From: Candidatus Hydrogenedentota bacterium | GTDB taxonomy: Bacteria; Hydrogenedentota; Hydrogenedentia; Hydrogenedentales; SLHB01 | DNA: 64,000 nt | Reading direction: 5' to 3' | Assembly (NCBI GenBank): GCA_045863295.1 | Contig: BTWA01000028.1 | Location: 22,228 to 86,227, forward strand | Part shown: piece after piece, positions 19,593 to 29,608 of the stretch | Layout: each line of letters begins with the position of its first letter | Position numbering within the stretch: position 1 is the stretch's first letter | Program-made: the position numbers and the translations under genes | The notes under the pieces: generated by a model | What the model saw: only the letters and a program-made list of their open reading frames with translations | Database searches by the model: none | Told to the model about the DNA's origin: nothing

Positions 19593-20948
19593 ATGAGCCA
19601 GTGCAACGGCACACACCGTATTCCAGGTTGCAGGCGATTGCGGTATGGGATCGTTATTCCACTTGCTTTCCTCTCTGCTGGAATTGTAGCCGCGGACGAC
19701 ACGTCGTTGGCAAATGCCATTCTAGGGGACACGCGTCTGGACACCGTATTGACCCTTGCCAGGTCCACTGTTTCATCGGGTTTCAGCGCGGGATCGGGGT
19801 ACGGCGAAGTCTGGATTCGCGACTTTACCACGTTTATGGAACTTGCCTGTGAAGTTCATCCCAAAGAACTTGTGCGCGACAAACTCCTGACCTTTTTCCA
19901 CTTTCAGACCGAAAATGGGGATATCGCCGATGGATACATCCCCAGAGAGCAGGCGAACATCTCTTATAAGTACCGCGAAAGCGCGTCGATGCCGGACGTG
20001 CTCGCACACAAGAATACAGTGGAAACGGACCAAGAAAGCTCGCTTGTCATTGGCGTTTGCCGATATGCGCGTTGTACCGGGGACACGGGGATCTTTGCGG
20101 AAGACATCAACGACATGACTGTCTCACAGCGTTTGGAACGTGCACTCGGTTATGTGCACGGACATCGGTTCGATGTTACGCACGGTCTGGTGTGGGGCGC
20201 CACGACGGCTGACTGGGGCGACGTTCAACCCGAACATGAATGGGGCGTCGAACTTGACGAAAGCAGCCATCTTGCGATCGACATTTATGACAACGCATTG
20301 TACCTAGTTGCCATTGACGAATACCTGAATTCGGGAGCTGCGATTGACGAGGACACGCGGATCAAATGGCATGGAATTCGCCAGACTATTGCGGACGCCG
20401 TACGCGCTCATCTCTGGGACAAGGACCGTGGCAAGTTCGTGCCGCATATTTATCTCGAATCGTCGCCGTTTCCGGCAAGTTATGACGAGTCTGCCGTTCA
20501 CTTTCACGGCGGCACAGCGGTTGCAATTGAGGCTGGACTCTTGTCCAGGCATGAAGTTACCCATGTACTACGTCAGATGAGGGCGAATGTACAGGCCGCC
20601 GGCGCGGCCTCCATCGGTTTGACTGTGTATCCTCCCTATCCAAGAGGCTTCTTCAAGAACCCCGGAATGGGGCCATACAGTTACCAGAATGGCGGTGATT
20701 GGACATGGTTCGGCGCGCGAATGATCAGGCAACTTGTACGGCATGGCCTGGTTGAGGAAGCGTACACCGAGTTGTTGCCAATGCTTGATCGAGTTATTGC
20801 CAATAAGGGTTTTCATGAGTGGTACACTGTGGACAACAAACCCAAGGGATCGGACACGTACCGAGGGTGCGCGGGAGTACTATACTCGGCCATTGTTGAC
20901 CTGAGGGCTTGGGCTGCATCTCACGCGAATCTGGATATCAAGGAGTAG
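19593..20948 (+). CDS. Secreted (alpha/alpha)6 glycoside hydrolase-like protein
   Basis: WIRD, ADWGD, YQNGGDW, GFHEW motifs typical of six-hairpin glycosidases. Confidence 0.7.
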   Translation: MSQCNGTHRIPGCRRLRYGIVIPLAFLSAGIVAADDTSLANAILGDTRLDTVLTLARSTVSSGFSAGSGYGEVWIRDFTTFMELACEVHPKELVRDKLLTFFHFQTENGDIADGYIPREQANISYKYRESASMPDVLAHKNTVETDQESSLVIGVCRYARCTGDTGIFAEDINDMTVSQRLERALGYVHGHRFDVTHGLVWGATTADWGDVQPEHEWGVELDESSHLAIDIYDNALYLVAIDEYLNSGAAIDEDTRIKWHGIRQTIADAVRAHLWDKDRGKFVPHIYLESSPFPASYDESAVHFHGGTAVAIEAGLLSRHEVTHVLRQMRANVQAAGAASIGLTVYPPYPRGFFKNPGMGPYSYQNGGDWTWFGARMIRQLVRHGLVEEAYTELLPMLDRVIANKGFHEWYTVDNKPKGSDTYRGCAGVLYSAIVDLRAWAASHANLDIKE

Positions 20949-21654
20949 TACCTTTGATCACCGCTCTCAGTGAGTTCAAAATTAACTTGGTGATGGCAAT
21001 TTTTTGGGCTGGTGAACCTGCCGCGAGCCTCTGATTGACTTCTAGTTCAATGCCGAGATAGCGTGCGGCCGAATATCGTCTCCTTAAGTGCGTAGTGAAT
21101 CCGTCGGAAACACCCCGGTAGGGCGCATTCCGCCGCACCACGTACTCCGGTGCGATATCGTGAATCAAGCATTGCCACCGGTGGCAAAGCGCCTTCTCCC
21201 CCGGCCGCTTTGGATCGTATAACAAGCCGACGTCCATCCGTCTGACTTGCCCGTGAAGGACGGGCGTAAATGTATGTACGGAGACATGCAAGACCCGGTC
21301 GTGATTAGTTAGCAGTCCTTCAATCTTCCTTTCGACTTCAGTCCGATACGGCATATAGTACGTCGAGAGAATCGACTCTCGAACGGCATCCGGCGCATTC
21401 TTTGTGATGTCTGAGAACAAGGAGGGATTTCCGGGAGACCGGTTGAGTTCCACTAGCAAGCGAGTAATCGTGGAAAAAAGCAGTGGTGCATTCAGTTCTT
21501 TGGCGAGACAGCGTGCCAGAGGCAGCGCGCCGGGATCGTAACCCCGATGGCTCTCCAGGCGATTATTATGTCCTTTGAAGATCGCCAGGTACTGCTTTGG
21601 TACCCGGTTGCCTCCATGTTCACACGTGAACAGGAGTGCCGTGGAGCGCGCCAT
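20938..21654 (-). CDS. N-formylglutamate amidohydrolase family
   Basis: TCEHGGN, HRGYDPGA, RLLVELNR, SVHTFTP, NAPY, IELEVNQ. Confidence 0.88.
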   Translation of the reverse strand: MARSTALLFTCEHGGNRVPKQYLAIFKGHNNRLESHRGYDPGALPLARCLAKELNAPLLFSTITRLLVELNRSPGNPSLFSDITKNAPDAVRESILSTYYMPYRTEVERKIEGLLTNHDRVLHVSVHTFTPVLHGQVRRMDVGLLYDPKRPGEKALCHRWQCLIHDIAPEYVVRRNAPYRGVSDGFTTHLRRRYSAARYLGIELEVNQRLAAGSPAQKIAITKLILNSLRAVIKGTTP

Positions 21655-22891
21655 CAAACTGTTCTCCGCGTTGCAGACATTCGCACAAGGAGCGGTACAC
21701 GTTCTTCAGATTTGCAACATTCACGTTGCCGCCGACGGCGCGCACGATGCGCCGGGAAAGCGTGCCATGGCGAAGAATATGGTTTACCGGCCCGAGTAGT
21801 CTTACTTCATCGTCAGAGCACTTTGGAACCAGGTTCTTATAGATGTGACTCCACAGTTCACCCGCCGTAGCGCTTTGCCCGTTGAAGCCGAACGCGTTGA
21901 GGTATTCGCGATTGTCTATCGGCGCATCTTCGGCCGTCCGAACGGTATCGCGCAGAATTTCCGCCAACGGAGGTACGGCCCACTTTTTTTGTTCGTCCCA
22001 ACCGCACCAGTCCTCTTCCACTAACGCCCTAATTGTCTTAGTAACCAACATCACAATGGCAATATCCGCGGCGGGGCATTCCTGGACGTCCAGGAGGCGC
22101 ACCTCAATGGTGTCTCTTTCGAAACGTGCAATGGCTCCGCGAGCATTGAGCCATTCATCCTGCAAAACGGCATCAGGATCAAGCGGAGCAATTTCACGGT
22201 ACAACGGCTGCAAGATATTCCGTTCATATTCGTCTGGCGTGAAAACGGGTTCCGGTATGACGTCGCCGGTGACCATGGGCACCTTGGCACAGTTTGTTCG
22301 ATATACTTCCAGCCGGTAATCCATGGGGCCCGCTAGTTTGGCGTCGGCAAACGGGGAACTGGCGGCTATAGCGGGCAGGAGGGGCAGGACTAGCCGAATC
22401 GCGGCATGCAGGCGGCCAAATTCCTCGTCGCCGCAAAACGGCAAATTGATGTGCGCGCTCTGCAGATTGGCCCATCCGTGTCCCTTGCAATCGAATATGC
22501 GGTTGAAGGCATCGTAAATGGGCGAGTTTTCATGAGGCCAGAGCCTCATTTCGGCGTGCGGATCCATCCACGGGTGCATGGCGGTGGGCATCAGTCGCCC
22601 GCGCATTGGATTCAGAATGCGGTTTACGTCTCGTACGTGTTGGTCGAAATGGGTCGAAAGGCCCGCAAGCGACGCAGCCGGCCCGTTTGTTTTGAATTCG
22701 ATGACGTGCAGGGTCAACTCATTTGACCAATTCAGCAGTCCGCGGTCAACTTCGTTAACGTACGAGCCGGCGACTGCTTTGATGACTTCGTCGCATGCGG
22801 GAAAGGTATTCAGCGAGTCCTCGCGGACGATCATGTATTCAAGTTCCACGCCAAACCCTTCGAACAAATGCAGGGGGGAATTTGGTGTCAT
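21620..22891 (-). CDS. Glutamate-cysteine ligase family 2 (GCS2, carboxylate-amine ligase)
   Basis: GVELEYMIV, SNEL..HVIE, AMHP, HINLP, SSPF, IEVRLLD. Confidence 0.85.
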   Translation of the reverse strand: MTPNSPLHLFEGFGVELEYMIVREDSLNTFPACDEVIKAVAGSYVNEVDRGLLNWSNELTLHVIEFKTNGPAASLAGLSTHFDQHVRDVNRILNPMRGRLMPTAMHPWMDPHAEMRLWPHENSPIYDAFNRIFDCKGHGWANLQSAHINLPFCGDEEFGRLHAAIRLVLPLLPAIAASSPFADAKLAGPMDYRLEVYRTNCAKVPMVTGDVIPEPVFTPDEYERNILQPLYREIAPLDPDAVLQDEWLNARGAIARFERDTIEVRLLDVQECPAADIAIVMLVTKTIRALVEEDWCGWDEQKKWAVPPLAEILRDTVRTAEDAPIDNREYLNAFGFNGQSATAGELWSHIYKNLVPKCSDDEVRLLGPVNHILRHGTLSRRIVRAVGGNVNVANLKNVYRSLCECLQRGEQFDGALHGTPVHV

Positions 22892-24357
22892 TTGTGCGTG
22901 CCAGGCTCCTTCAGGGCTTCGATCCGGCTCAGGAAGACGCCCATTATCTTGTTGTAGAGTTCGTCTTTCACAAGGCTGTCTTCCACCCCGGCATCAATGC
23001 TTGGATTATCGTTCACCTCGATTACACTCACCTGGTGCCGGTGCTCTTTCAAATCAACTCCGTAGAGTCCATCTCCGATGAGATTGGCGGCCTTGACGGC
23101 GGTCTTGATGACGGCAGACGGGGTTGCCTCGATGGGCACGCAATCATGCTCGCCGTAGGTAATGTTTCCACTTTGTTCCGTTTTCTGTATTTGCCAGTGT
23201 TTGCTTGCCATGTGATACCGGCACACGTATAGCGGCTCGCGGTTAAGTACACCGACGCGCCAATCAAACGTGGTGGGCATAAACTCTTGTGCGATGATCA
23301 ATTCGGACCTGTCCAGCAAGCGTTCGCATTCGCTTAGAAGCGTCTCGCGATCGTTCACCTTGATGACACCTTGGGAAAAAAAGCTGTCCGGTTGTTTCAA
23401 GATGCAGGGCAGTCCAATAAGGTCGTGCAAATCTTCGTAATTATCGCGGTGAACAATGACGGTTTTTGGGGTGCGAATGTTGTTCTTGCCGAGCAACTCG
23501 GCCAGATACACTTTGTTGCTGCAGCGCAGAATGGATTCAGGGTCGTCGATGACGACTAGTCCGTCGGCCGCCGCCCTTTGCGCAAACCGGAAGGTATGGT
23601 GATTGACCTGGGTCGTCTCCCGGATGAAGAGAGCATCGAACTCGGCGAGCCGGCCGTAGTCTTCCTTTTCGATGAACTCTGGCTCCATGCCAAGCGCTTT
23701 CGCGGCGCGTTCGAACTTCCGCAAGGCGCGCTCATTGGACGGCGGCATTTTCTCTTCCGGATTGTGCAAGATGGCGATGTCGTATCGTGCAGTCGGCTTT
23801 TTCCGCACGGCAAACCGGGGACGCGAGAAATAGACCTTAGCTGCTTCCAGCACGAATTCCCAATGCTCGTCGGGAATGTCCTTTGCTCCAATTGGGGCTA
23901 TCCGCTGCAACTCCCACTGTTCTTCAAAGGTGAAATGAGCCCGCATCAGGGGCACATGAAACGCGTTCATGAGTGCTTTGCACAGTTTGTCGTACCTTCG
24001 GGCCATATTCTGGCCGAAATAGATGCTTAGGGTGAATTCCTTTGATTGCAGCGGCCGAAGGCAGTGCTGCATCATCTCTTCCAGGTCTTCGGATGCGTAG
24101 CGCAGCAGCGTGACGGACTTCATGTCTTGAATCGTGGTCACGGCAGGGACGGGCCGGTGTCCGCGCGCGGCGGCAATCAGTGAAACATAATAGCCGAGAC
24201 TCTGATACCGATACGACCGGCAGAGATTGAATACCAGCATGCCGCGGTCGCCGCTATATTCCTGGCTGGTAACATAGGTCCGGGCATCCACTACATCGAC
24301 CCCGGGAAAATGGAGTGGCCAATGCTTGGTGTTGTCAACGATAATGAGCGCTTGCAT
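22888..24357 (-). CDS. RimK-family ATP-grasp ligase with RLAN-type N-terminal domain
   Basis: NLCRSYRYQSLGYYVSL N-terminus; FIRET, NKVY, ILKQPD, QEFM..FDWR, YGVDL, IEVNDNP. Confidence 0.88.
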   Translation of the reverse strand: MQALIIVDNTKHWPLHFPGVDVVDARTYVTSQEYSGDRGMLVFNLCRSYRYQSLGYYVSLIAAARGHRPVPAVTTIQDMKSVTLLRYASEDLEEMMQHCLRPLQSKEFTLSIYFGQNMARRYDKLCKALMNAFHVPLMRAHFTFEEQWELQRIAPIGAKDIPDEHWEFVLEAAKVYFSRPRFAVRKKPTARYDIAILHNPEEKMPPSNERALRKFERAAKALGMEPEFIEKEDYGRLAEFDALFIRETTQVNHHTFRFAQRAAADGLVVIDDPESILRCSNKVYLAELLGKNNIRTPKTVIVHRDNYEDLHDLIGLPCILKQPDSFFSQGVIKVNDRETLLSECERLLDRSELIIAQEFMPTTFDWRVGVLNREPLYVCRYHMASKHWQIQKTEQSGNITYGEHDCVPIEATPSAVIKTAVKAANLIGDGLYGVDLKEHRHQVSVIEVNDNPSIDAGVEDSLVKDELYNKIMGVFLSRIEALKEPGTHK

Positions 24358-25078
24358 GGCTTGGGGAGCGATCTCCGTCTTTCGGCTGGAGGACGAGCAG
24401 ATTGGCGTCGTAGGTCAGAACGCCCAGGAGGATGGAACAGATCAGCCGGTCCATATTGACTTTGTAGAATTGGGTATCGGAGACCGGATTGGGGTCCTGC
24501 GGGTCGGCCACGAGCACTTCCCGATCTTCCTTGTCGTATCCACAGAGCACCACAAAATGGCCCTGCGGCTCGCCGCGTACATCGTCGAAATCGTCGTTGG
24601 GACCCCACTCTCGGGCGGTTCGGTACAGGTAGGTGGAACTCAACCCAGTGAGTATGGGAACGCCGCGCTTCAAGTACCGGCGAATGAGTGACGGGGTAAG
24701 GTCTTGCAACCCCAGCCTACCGCCGGCGTCAAGGTATTTCAGATAGGCTTGCGTAGCCACGTGGAACCGCTTTCCGGACTTGTTTTTGGCTTGGGCGCGT
24801 AGCTTGTCGGCCAAATCGGTGCCGGGAACGTCAAACCATGTAGGGTCGAACATTTGCAGGTTGAAAGTATAGATTTTCGCGTCATATCCTCGCTGCAGGG
24901 CCTGCCCAGCCAGCATTACGGCCAATGTACCGCCATTTTCGAGCCGGGGCGTGGCATCGATAACCTCTTCCAGAGAATACGTGTCGCCGTAGTAATTGTA
25001 GACGGCATGCAGACACGTGGGTCCGCAGGTAAATTCGTCGGGTTGGGCCAATATGCCTAATTGAAGCCGGGCGTCCAT
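24335..25078 (-). CDS. Peptidase C39-like (papain-fold) protein
   Basis: QPDEFTCGPTCL (Q..C), GHFVVLCGYD (H), VADP (D). ATG 25078 follows AGAAGGA. Confidence 0.8.
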   Translation of the reverse strand: MDARLQLGILAQPDEFTCGPTCLHAVYNYYGDTYSLEEVIDATPRLENGGTLAVMLAGQALQRGYDAKIYTFNLQMFDPTWFDVPGTDLADKLRAQAKNKSGKRFHVATQAYLKYLDAGGRLGLQDLTPSLIRRYLKRGVPILTGLSSTYLYRTAREWGPNDDFDDVRGEPQGHFVVLCGYDKEDREVLVADPQDPNPVSDTQFYKVNMDRLICSILLGVLTYDANLLVLQPKDGDRSPSHASAHYR

Positions 25079-25262
25079 GTGTCCTTCTTGGGGCGCGTAC
25101 CAATCCCCCATCGGCCTGTCAACGCGCCTCTGTCCTTGATTATACAGGTTGTAAAGCGACCAGCGGTAGCGCACGGCCCCCGGTGGAGAGGGGTTGGCAG
25201 ACCTGTTCGCGTGATGTATAGTGGGGTATCGGGCAAGAAGCTTCAATTCCTGGGAGTCCATC

Positions 25263-27053
25263 ATGCGGATCAGAAATACTGTAGCGCTGTTCTTTGTCGT
25301 TGCGGCCTTGGTATGCAGTTCCGCCATAGCCGAAGTGAAGGTTGGCGATATTCCGGCCGAATTCCGATTTAAGGATATCCGGTATGTCGAGCGTTCGTTG
25401 AGTGAGTTGGGCGAGTCGAAAGCCATAGTGGTGATGGCTTCCTCAACCACCTGCCCGGTGGCTCAACGCTACTTGCCGGTTTTTCAGGCGTTGTCGGATC
25501 AATTCGGACATGAGGCCACGTTTGTCCTCATAAATGTCAGCGCTGATGACTCCATCATGGATATGGCTCAACAGGCCATTGACTATAATCTCACGGTAAC
25601 GCTGGCGAAAGACATAGACGGCACCGCTGTGAAAGCGCTTGGGCTGACTCGAACGCCGGAGGTGGTGGTTTTGGACAGCGAAAGGCGCGTTCGATACCGC
25701 GGGCGTGTAGACGGTCAACACCGGGTTAGTGGAGTGAGTCCGGATTCGGGTCGTGCAGACCTTGCCTTGGCGTTGGAACAGGTATTGACAGGAAAGACGG
25801 TCGAAGTCACAGAGACACCGGTTGACGGCTGCGTAATATCTGAACCAGTGACGACGGCGGAAAAGGCTTACACGTATACGAGAGACGTTGCACCGATCTT
25901 GGACGCCCATTGTGTGAAATGTCACCGGGTCGATGGCGGGGCTCCATTTTCATTGCAAACCTATTCGCGCGCGGCCGCTATGGCAGACATGATTGCGGAA
26001 GTCATTACTGAGGAGCGTATGCCACCGTGGTACGCGCATTCCGCGCACGGAACGTTTGTGAATGCGCCGTCCATTTCGGACAGTGACCGGCGAATTGTGG
26101 CCGGGTGGGCTCGCGGCGGAAAGATTGAAGGCGAGGCCGAAGACCGGCCGGAAGCGCCGGTGTTTGCGGACTCCAAATGGCGCATTGGAGAACCGGATCT
26201 GGTGATCACCGCGAAGGATGAAATGCAGATTCCGGCAACGGGCTACATCAAGTACCAGTACATTCCGATGCCGTATGTATTTCCGCACGACACGTGGATT
26301 CAGGGTCTGGAGATCAGGCCCGAGAACGCAACGGTGCTTCACCACTGCAACATGATCTATATGCTGCCGGGCCAAGAGTATAGCCAAGAGACTCAATTCC
26401 TTACGGGATACGTACCGGGGGGTGCACCCGTGGATTTGGACAAGAACCGGGCAATGATGATACCCAAAGGTGCGACGCTGGTTCTCCAAGCCCATTACGT
26501 GACTACCGGCAAAGAAGAAAGGGACCGTGTCTCCATTGGTATCCGGTTCGCAAAAGAGCCGGTGGAGAAAAGAGTCTATTATAAAATCATTAACAACGAT
26601 TCATTTGCGATTCCAGCGGGCGATCCATTTTATTGCGTAACAGCCGAGGATTCGATGGAGGAGGACAGTACGGGCATCGCGATGTTTTCACACATGCACC
26701 TGCGCGGACGGGACATGCTGTTCAATGCGCACTTCCCTGACGGCAAGAAGGAAACGTTGCTGAGTATTCCCAACTATGACTTTAATTGGCAGCTGTCGTA
26801 TGTGTGGGAACCTTTCACGAAGAAGTTTCCCAAAGGCACGCGCATCGAAGTGATTGCACACTACGACAACTCTTCGTTCAATCCGTACAATCCAGATCCT
26901 TCCGCGGTGGTCAAGGATGGCCCTCAAACCTTTGAAGAAATGATGTACGGGTTCTTCTTCTACACCCGGGATGGCGAAAACCTCAATCTGGCCGTGAATC
27001 CGGAAACTGGCGAAAGCATGGGTGAAAAAGTGGCGGCTGCCGTGGCGCCGTAA
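25263..27053 (+). CDS. Secreted redoxin + c-type heme + copper type II monooxygenase-like fusion
   Basis: Signal peptide; TCPVA thioredoxin fold; CVKCH; LHHC, AHY, HMH, EEM copper-ligand pattern. Confidence 0.75.
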   Translation: MRIRNTVALFFVVAALVCSSAIAEVKVGDIPAEFRFKDIRYVERSLSELGESKAIVVMASSTTCPVAQRYLPVFQALSDQFGHEATFVLINVSADDSIMDMAQQAIDYNLTVTLAKDIDGTAVKALGLTRTPEVVVLDSERRVRYRGRVDGQHRVSGVSPDSGRADLALALEQVLTGKTVEVTETPVDGCVISEPVTTAEKAYTYTRDVAPILDAHCVKCHRVDGGAPFSLQTYSRAAAMADMIAEVITEERMPPWYAHSAHGTFVNAPSISDSDRRIVAGWARGGKIEGEAEDRPEAPVFADSKWRIGEPDLVITAKDEMQIPATGYIKYQYIPMPYVFPHDTWIQGLEIRPENATVLHHCNMIYMLPGQEYSQETQFLTGYVPGGAPVDLDKNRAMMIPKGATLVLQAHYVTTGKEERDRVSIGIRFAKEPVEKRVYYKIINNDSFAIPAGDPFYCVTAEDSMEEDSTGIAMFSHMHLRGRDMLFNAHFPDGKKETLLSIPNYDFNWQLSYVWEPFTKKFPKGTRIEVIAHYDNSSFNPYNPDPSAVVKDGPQTFEEMMYGFFFYTRDGENLNLAVNPETGESMGEKVAAAVAP

Positions 27054-27129
27054 TCCAATATGCATACGCTTGTATAGAGATGAACGGTCATGGTGCCGTT
27101 CATCTCTGTTTTTTAAGGGGACTGCATGG

Positions 27130-27576
27130 ATGACCTTCCAAATAAGACCATTCATGGATTCGGATACTGATGCTGTAGTGGATCTCTGGCGGGCATGCGG
27201 GCTAACTGTAGCGTGGAATGATCCGTACAAGGATATTTTGCGGAAGCGGCATGTGGGGCCGGAGTTCTTTCTCGTGGCGGAAGCGACCCACCGTATCGTT
27301 GGAACAGTCATGGGTGGTTACGACGGCCACCGAGGAAACGTAAACTACTTGGGAGTTCTCCCGGATGTCAGGGGCGACGGGGTGGGCCGACAACTCATGG
27401 ATGCCGTTGAAGTGCTGCTAATGGCGGCCGGATGTCCAAAGATAAACTTGTGCGTACGTGCCACAAACATAGGCGCCATCGGATTTTATGAGACACTTGG
27501 CTATTCGCGCGATTCGGTGGTCTTGCTTGGAAAGCGACTAATTCCGGACATTCTGGACGTCCCATCGGGAATTTGA
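27130..27576 (+). CDS. GNAT acetyltransferase (YpeA-like)
   Basis: WNDPYKDI, VMGGYDGHRG.VNYLGV, GCPKINL, FYETLGY. Confidence 0.88.
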   Translation: MTFQIRPFMDSDTDAVVDLWRACGLTVAWNDPYKDILRKRHVGPEFFLVAEATHRIVGTVMGGYDGHRGNVNYLGVLPDVRGDGVGRQLMDAVEVLLMAAGCPKINLCVRATNIGAIGFYETLGYSRDSVVLLGKRLIPDILDVPSGI

Positions 27577-27602
27577 CACGGATCGCCCGCAACCGCCATA
27601 AT
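27573..27602 (+). promoter_or_regulatory. Sigma70-like promoter for rpmG
   Basis: TTGACA-N18-CATAAT. Confidence 0.5.
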
Positions 27603-27660
27603 ACCGCCTCTTGTTGACAAGGATTTTGCGCAATACGTCCGCTTAACGGAGTTATGAACG

Positions 27661-27831
27661 ATGGCGAAGAACAAAGGGAACGTCGTGCAGGTGATTCTGG
27701 AGTGCACCGAAGCACCCGGCACCTCGCGATATTACACAACCAAAAACGTGCGGAACACGACCGGCCGCATTGAGAGGAAAAAGTATAATCCCTCGTTGCG
27801 CAAGCACACCGTGCACCGCGAAAAGAAGTAA
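27661..27831 (+). CDS. rpmG: 50S ribosomal protein L33 (absent from ORF track)
   Basis: [56 protein letters not shown]. Confidence 0.95.
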   Translation: MAKNKGNVVQVILECTEAPGTSRYYTTKNVRNTTGRIERKKYNPSLRKHTVHREKK

Positions 27832-27852
27832 CTTCAGCAACGAATACATTGC

Positions 27853-27891
27853 CGCGCCCGCTGGTAAATTCCGGTGGGCGCGATTTTCTTT
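27853..27891 (+). terminator. Intrinsic terminator after rpmG
   Basis: CGCGCCCGCTGG..CCGGTGGGCGCG stem followed by ATTTTCTTT. Confidence 0.7.
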
Positions 27892-27929
27892 ACGTTTCGT
27901 TTGGGTCCGGCGACCAGACAAGCAGGCCG

Positions 27930-29327
27930 TTACTGGCCCGGCCTTTGGTGCGTATCGACTATTGCATCCATCCATTGTGAAAGTCTTCCTCGCAACTCGG
28001 TGACCACCGCCACGTTAGCTGGATCGCTTATCACGTTCTTCAGTTCGAACGGATCGTCAAGCTGATCGAACAGCGCTTCTTCGTTTGTGTCGGTCAGGAC
28101 GTATTTCCACCGGTCGCCACGAATCATACGGTGACCCATACCTACCGTGGCACCCACGCCGGTACATTCGCTGAAGACGTAGTCGCGAACTGTCGCATTT
28201 GGATTCGCAAAGACCGGAGTGAGCGAACGGCCTTGAATGTGATCGGGAAGGCGAATCCCCGCGAGATCCAGGAGCGTAGGATAGATATCCAGGCTGGAAA
28301 CGAGGGCTTTGCTTCGCGCACCTTCTTTGACCACGCCAGGACCGTGAGCCAACATTGGCACACGCACCGATTCTTCATGCATGGTGATCTTATTACCGAG
28401 GCCGTGATTACCCAGATGGTACCCGTTATCCGCCAGGAACAGGATTACCGTATTTTCGTAGTGGCCCGAATCCTTCAGGTTGGAGATCAATTCGCCGATC
28501 TGGCGATCAAGGTGCGAAATAGTTGCGTAATAGGCACGGGTGAACTCGACAATCTGGTCCCTGGTGCGCGGCGGCCCTGAAGGGAGATCGTTATAGTTCT
28601 TCACGTACTCCGAATCGCGGTAGTACTGTTCACCCGGTTTGCCTTGGTTGTAGAGGCTGCCTTTCGGAGGCTTTTCCATAAAGTTTGGGTCCGGTTGGAT
28701 GTTTGCCTCTTTATAGAGATCGAGAAATTCCTGTTCAGGCAGTAGCGGCACGTGAGGTTGATGAGGCGCGACCCACAACAGGAACGGAGACTCCTTCCCC
28801 TTTCGGCCTGCCAGAAATTGTGCCGCATCGGCGAACGTGGTCAGGTCGTTGTAGTCACCGTTCTCTTTGCCTTCAGTGAATCCATATTCCAACGGAGATT
28901 TCAAATGGGACTTGCCGCAGAAGCCGGTTACATAGCCGGCATCGGTAAGGTCGTGTGCGAACGTTCTGTATTTGCCTTGATCCACGACGTTGGTCAAAAA
29001 TCCTGTTTGATCCAAGGCCACCGAGCCGTGCTGCTGCGGGAAAAGACTGGTAAGAATGCTGGAGCGGCTGGCCACGCAAATAGGCGACGCAACATAGGCA
29101 TGTTCGAATATCGTGCCGCCGCTTGCGAGGCGATCAAGGTTCGGCGTTTGCACGATGGGGTTGTTGTACCCAATTGCGCGGTACACCCAGTCGTCGGCAA
29201 AAATCACAAGCAAGTTTGGCCGTCGTGATTGCTGCGCGTAGCCGGCTTCGCCCGACGGAGCTAGCAAGGCAAGGGTTCCCGCGGCCGCGCATCGGAGAAA
29301 CTGCCGTCGATTGGGTTGGTAGGTCAT
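27930..29327 (-). CDS. Tat-exported sulfatase
   Basis: NRRQFL Tat motif; PNLLVIFADD; CVASR; PHVP; ADNG; K..MHEESVRVP. Confidence 0.9.
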   Translation of the reverse strand: MTYQPNRRQFLRCAAAGTLALLAPSGEAGYAQQSRRPNLLVIFADDWVYRAIGYNNPIVQTPNLDRLASGGTIFEHAYVASPICVASRSSILTSLFPQQHGSVALDQTGFLTNVVDQGKYRTFAHDLTDAGYVTGFCGKSHLKSPLEYGFTEGKENGDYNDLTTFADAAQFLAGRKGKESPFLLWVAPHQPHVPLLPEQEFLDLYKEANIQPDPNFMEKPPKGSLYNQGKPGEQYYRDSEYVKNYNDLPSGPPRTRDQIVEFTRAYYATISHLDRQIGELISNLKDSGHYENTVILFLADNGYHLGNHGLGNKITMHEESVRVPMLAHGPGVVKEGARSKALVSSLDIYPTLLDLAGIRLPDHIQGRSLTPVFANPNATVRDYVFSECTGVGATVGMGHRMIRGDRWKYVLTDTNEEALFDQLDDPFELKNVISDPANVAVVTELRGRLSQWMDAIVDTHQRPGQ

Positions 29328-29608
29328 GTTTCTACCCTTTTGTTTGGTTCGTGTTGGAACTTGCCAATTGATTTCCGCCCGAGTATGCATCGTATCGTAG
29401 GGGTTGAAGAATGCGAATCGCAACATCTTTACCGGTTTCACGGCAAGTATACCAACACAATGGCCTTGTAAAATGCGAGCTTTGGAAAGACACCAGACGA
29501 CGGATCATTCGACAAATTATCGTTCTTGGAGCATGGTTCCCATGTGGCTCCCGTTGCGGCGGTCACGGATGTGGTGGAGGCACTTGCGAAGTCGACGACT
29601 GACTTGCC

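Noticed and set aside
25079..25450. N-terminal extension of the C39-like ORF
   Set aside because: It overlaps the divergent monooxygenase gene, and a good RBS precedes ATG 25078.
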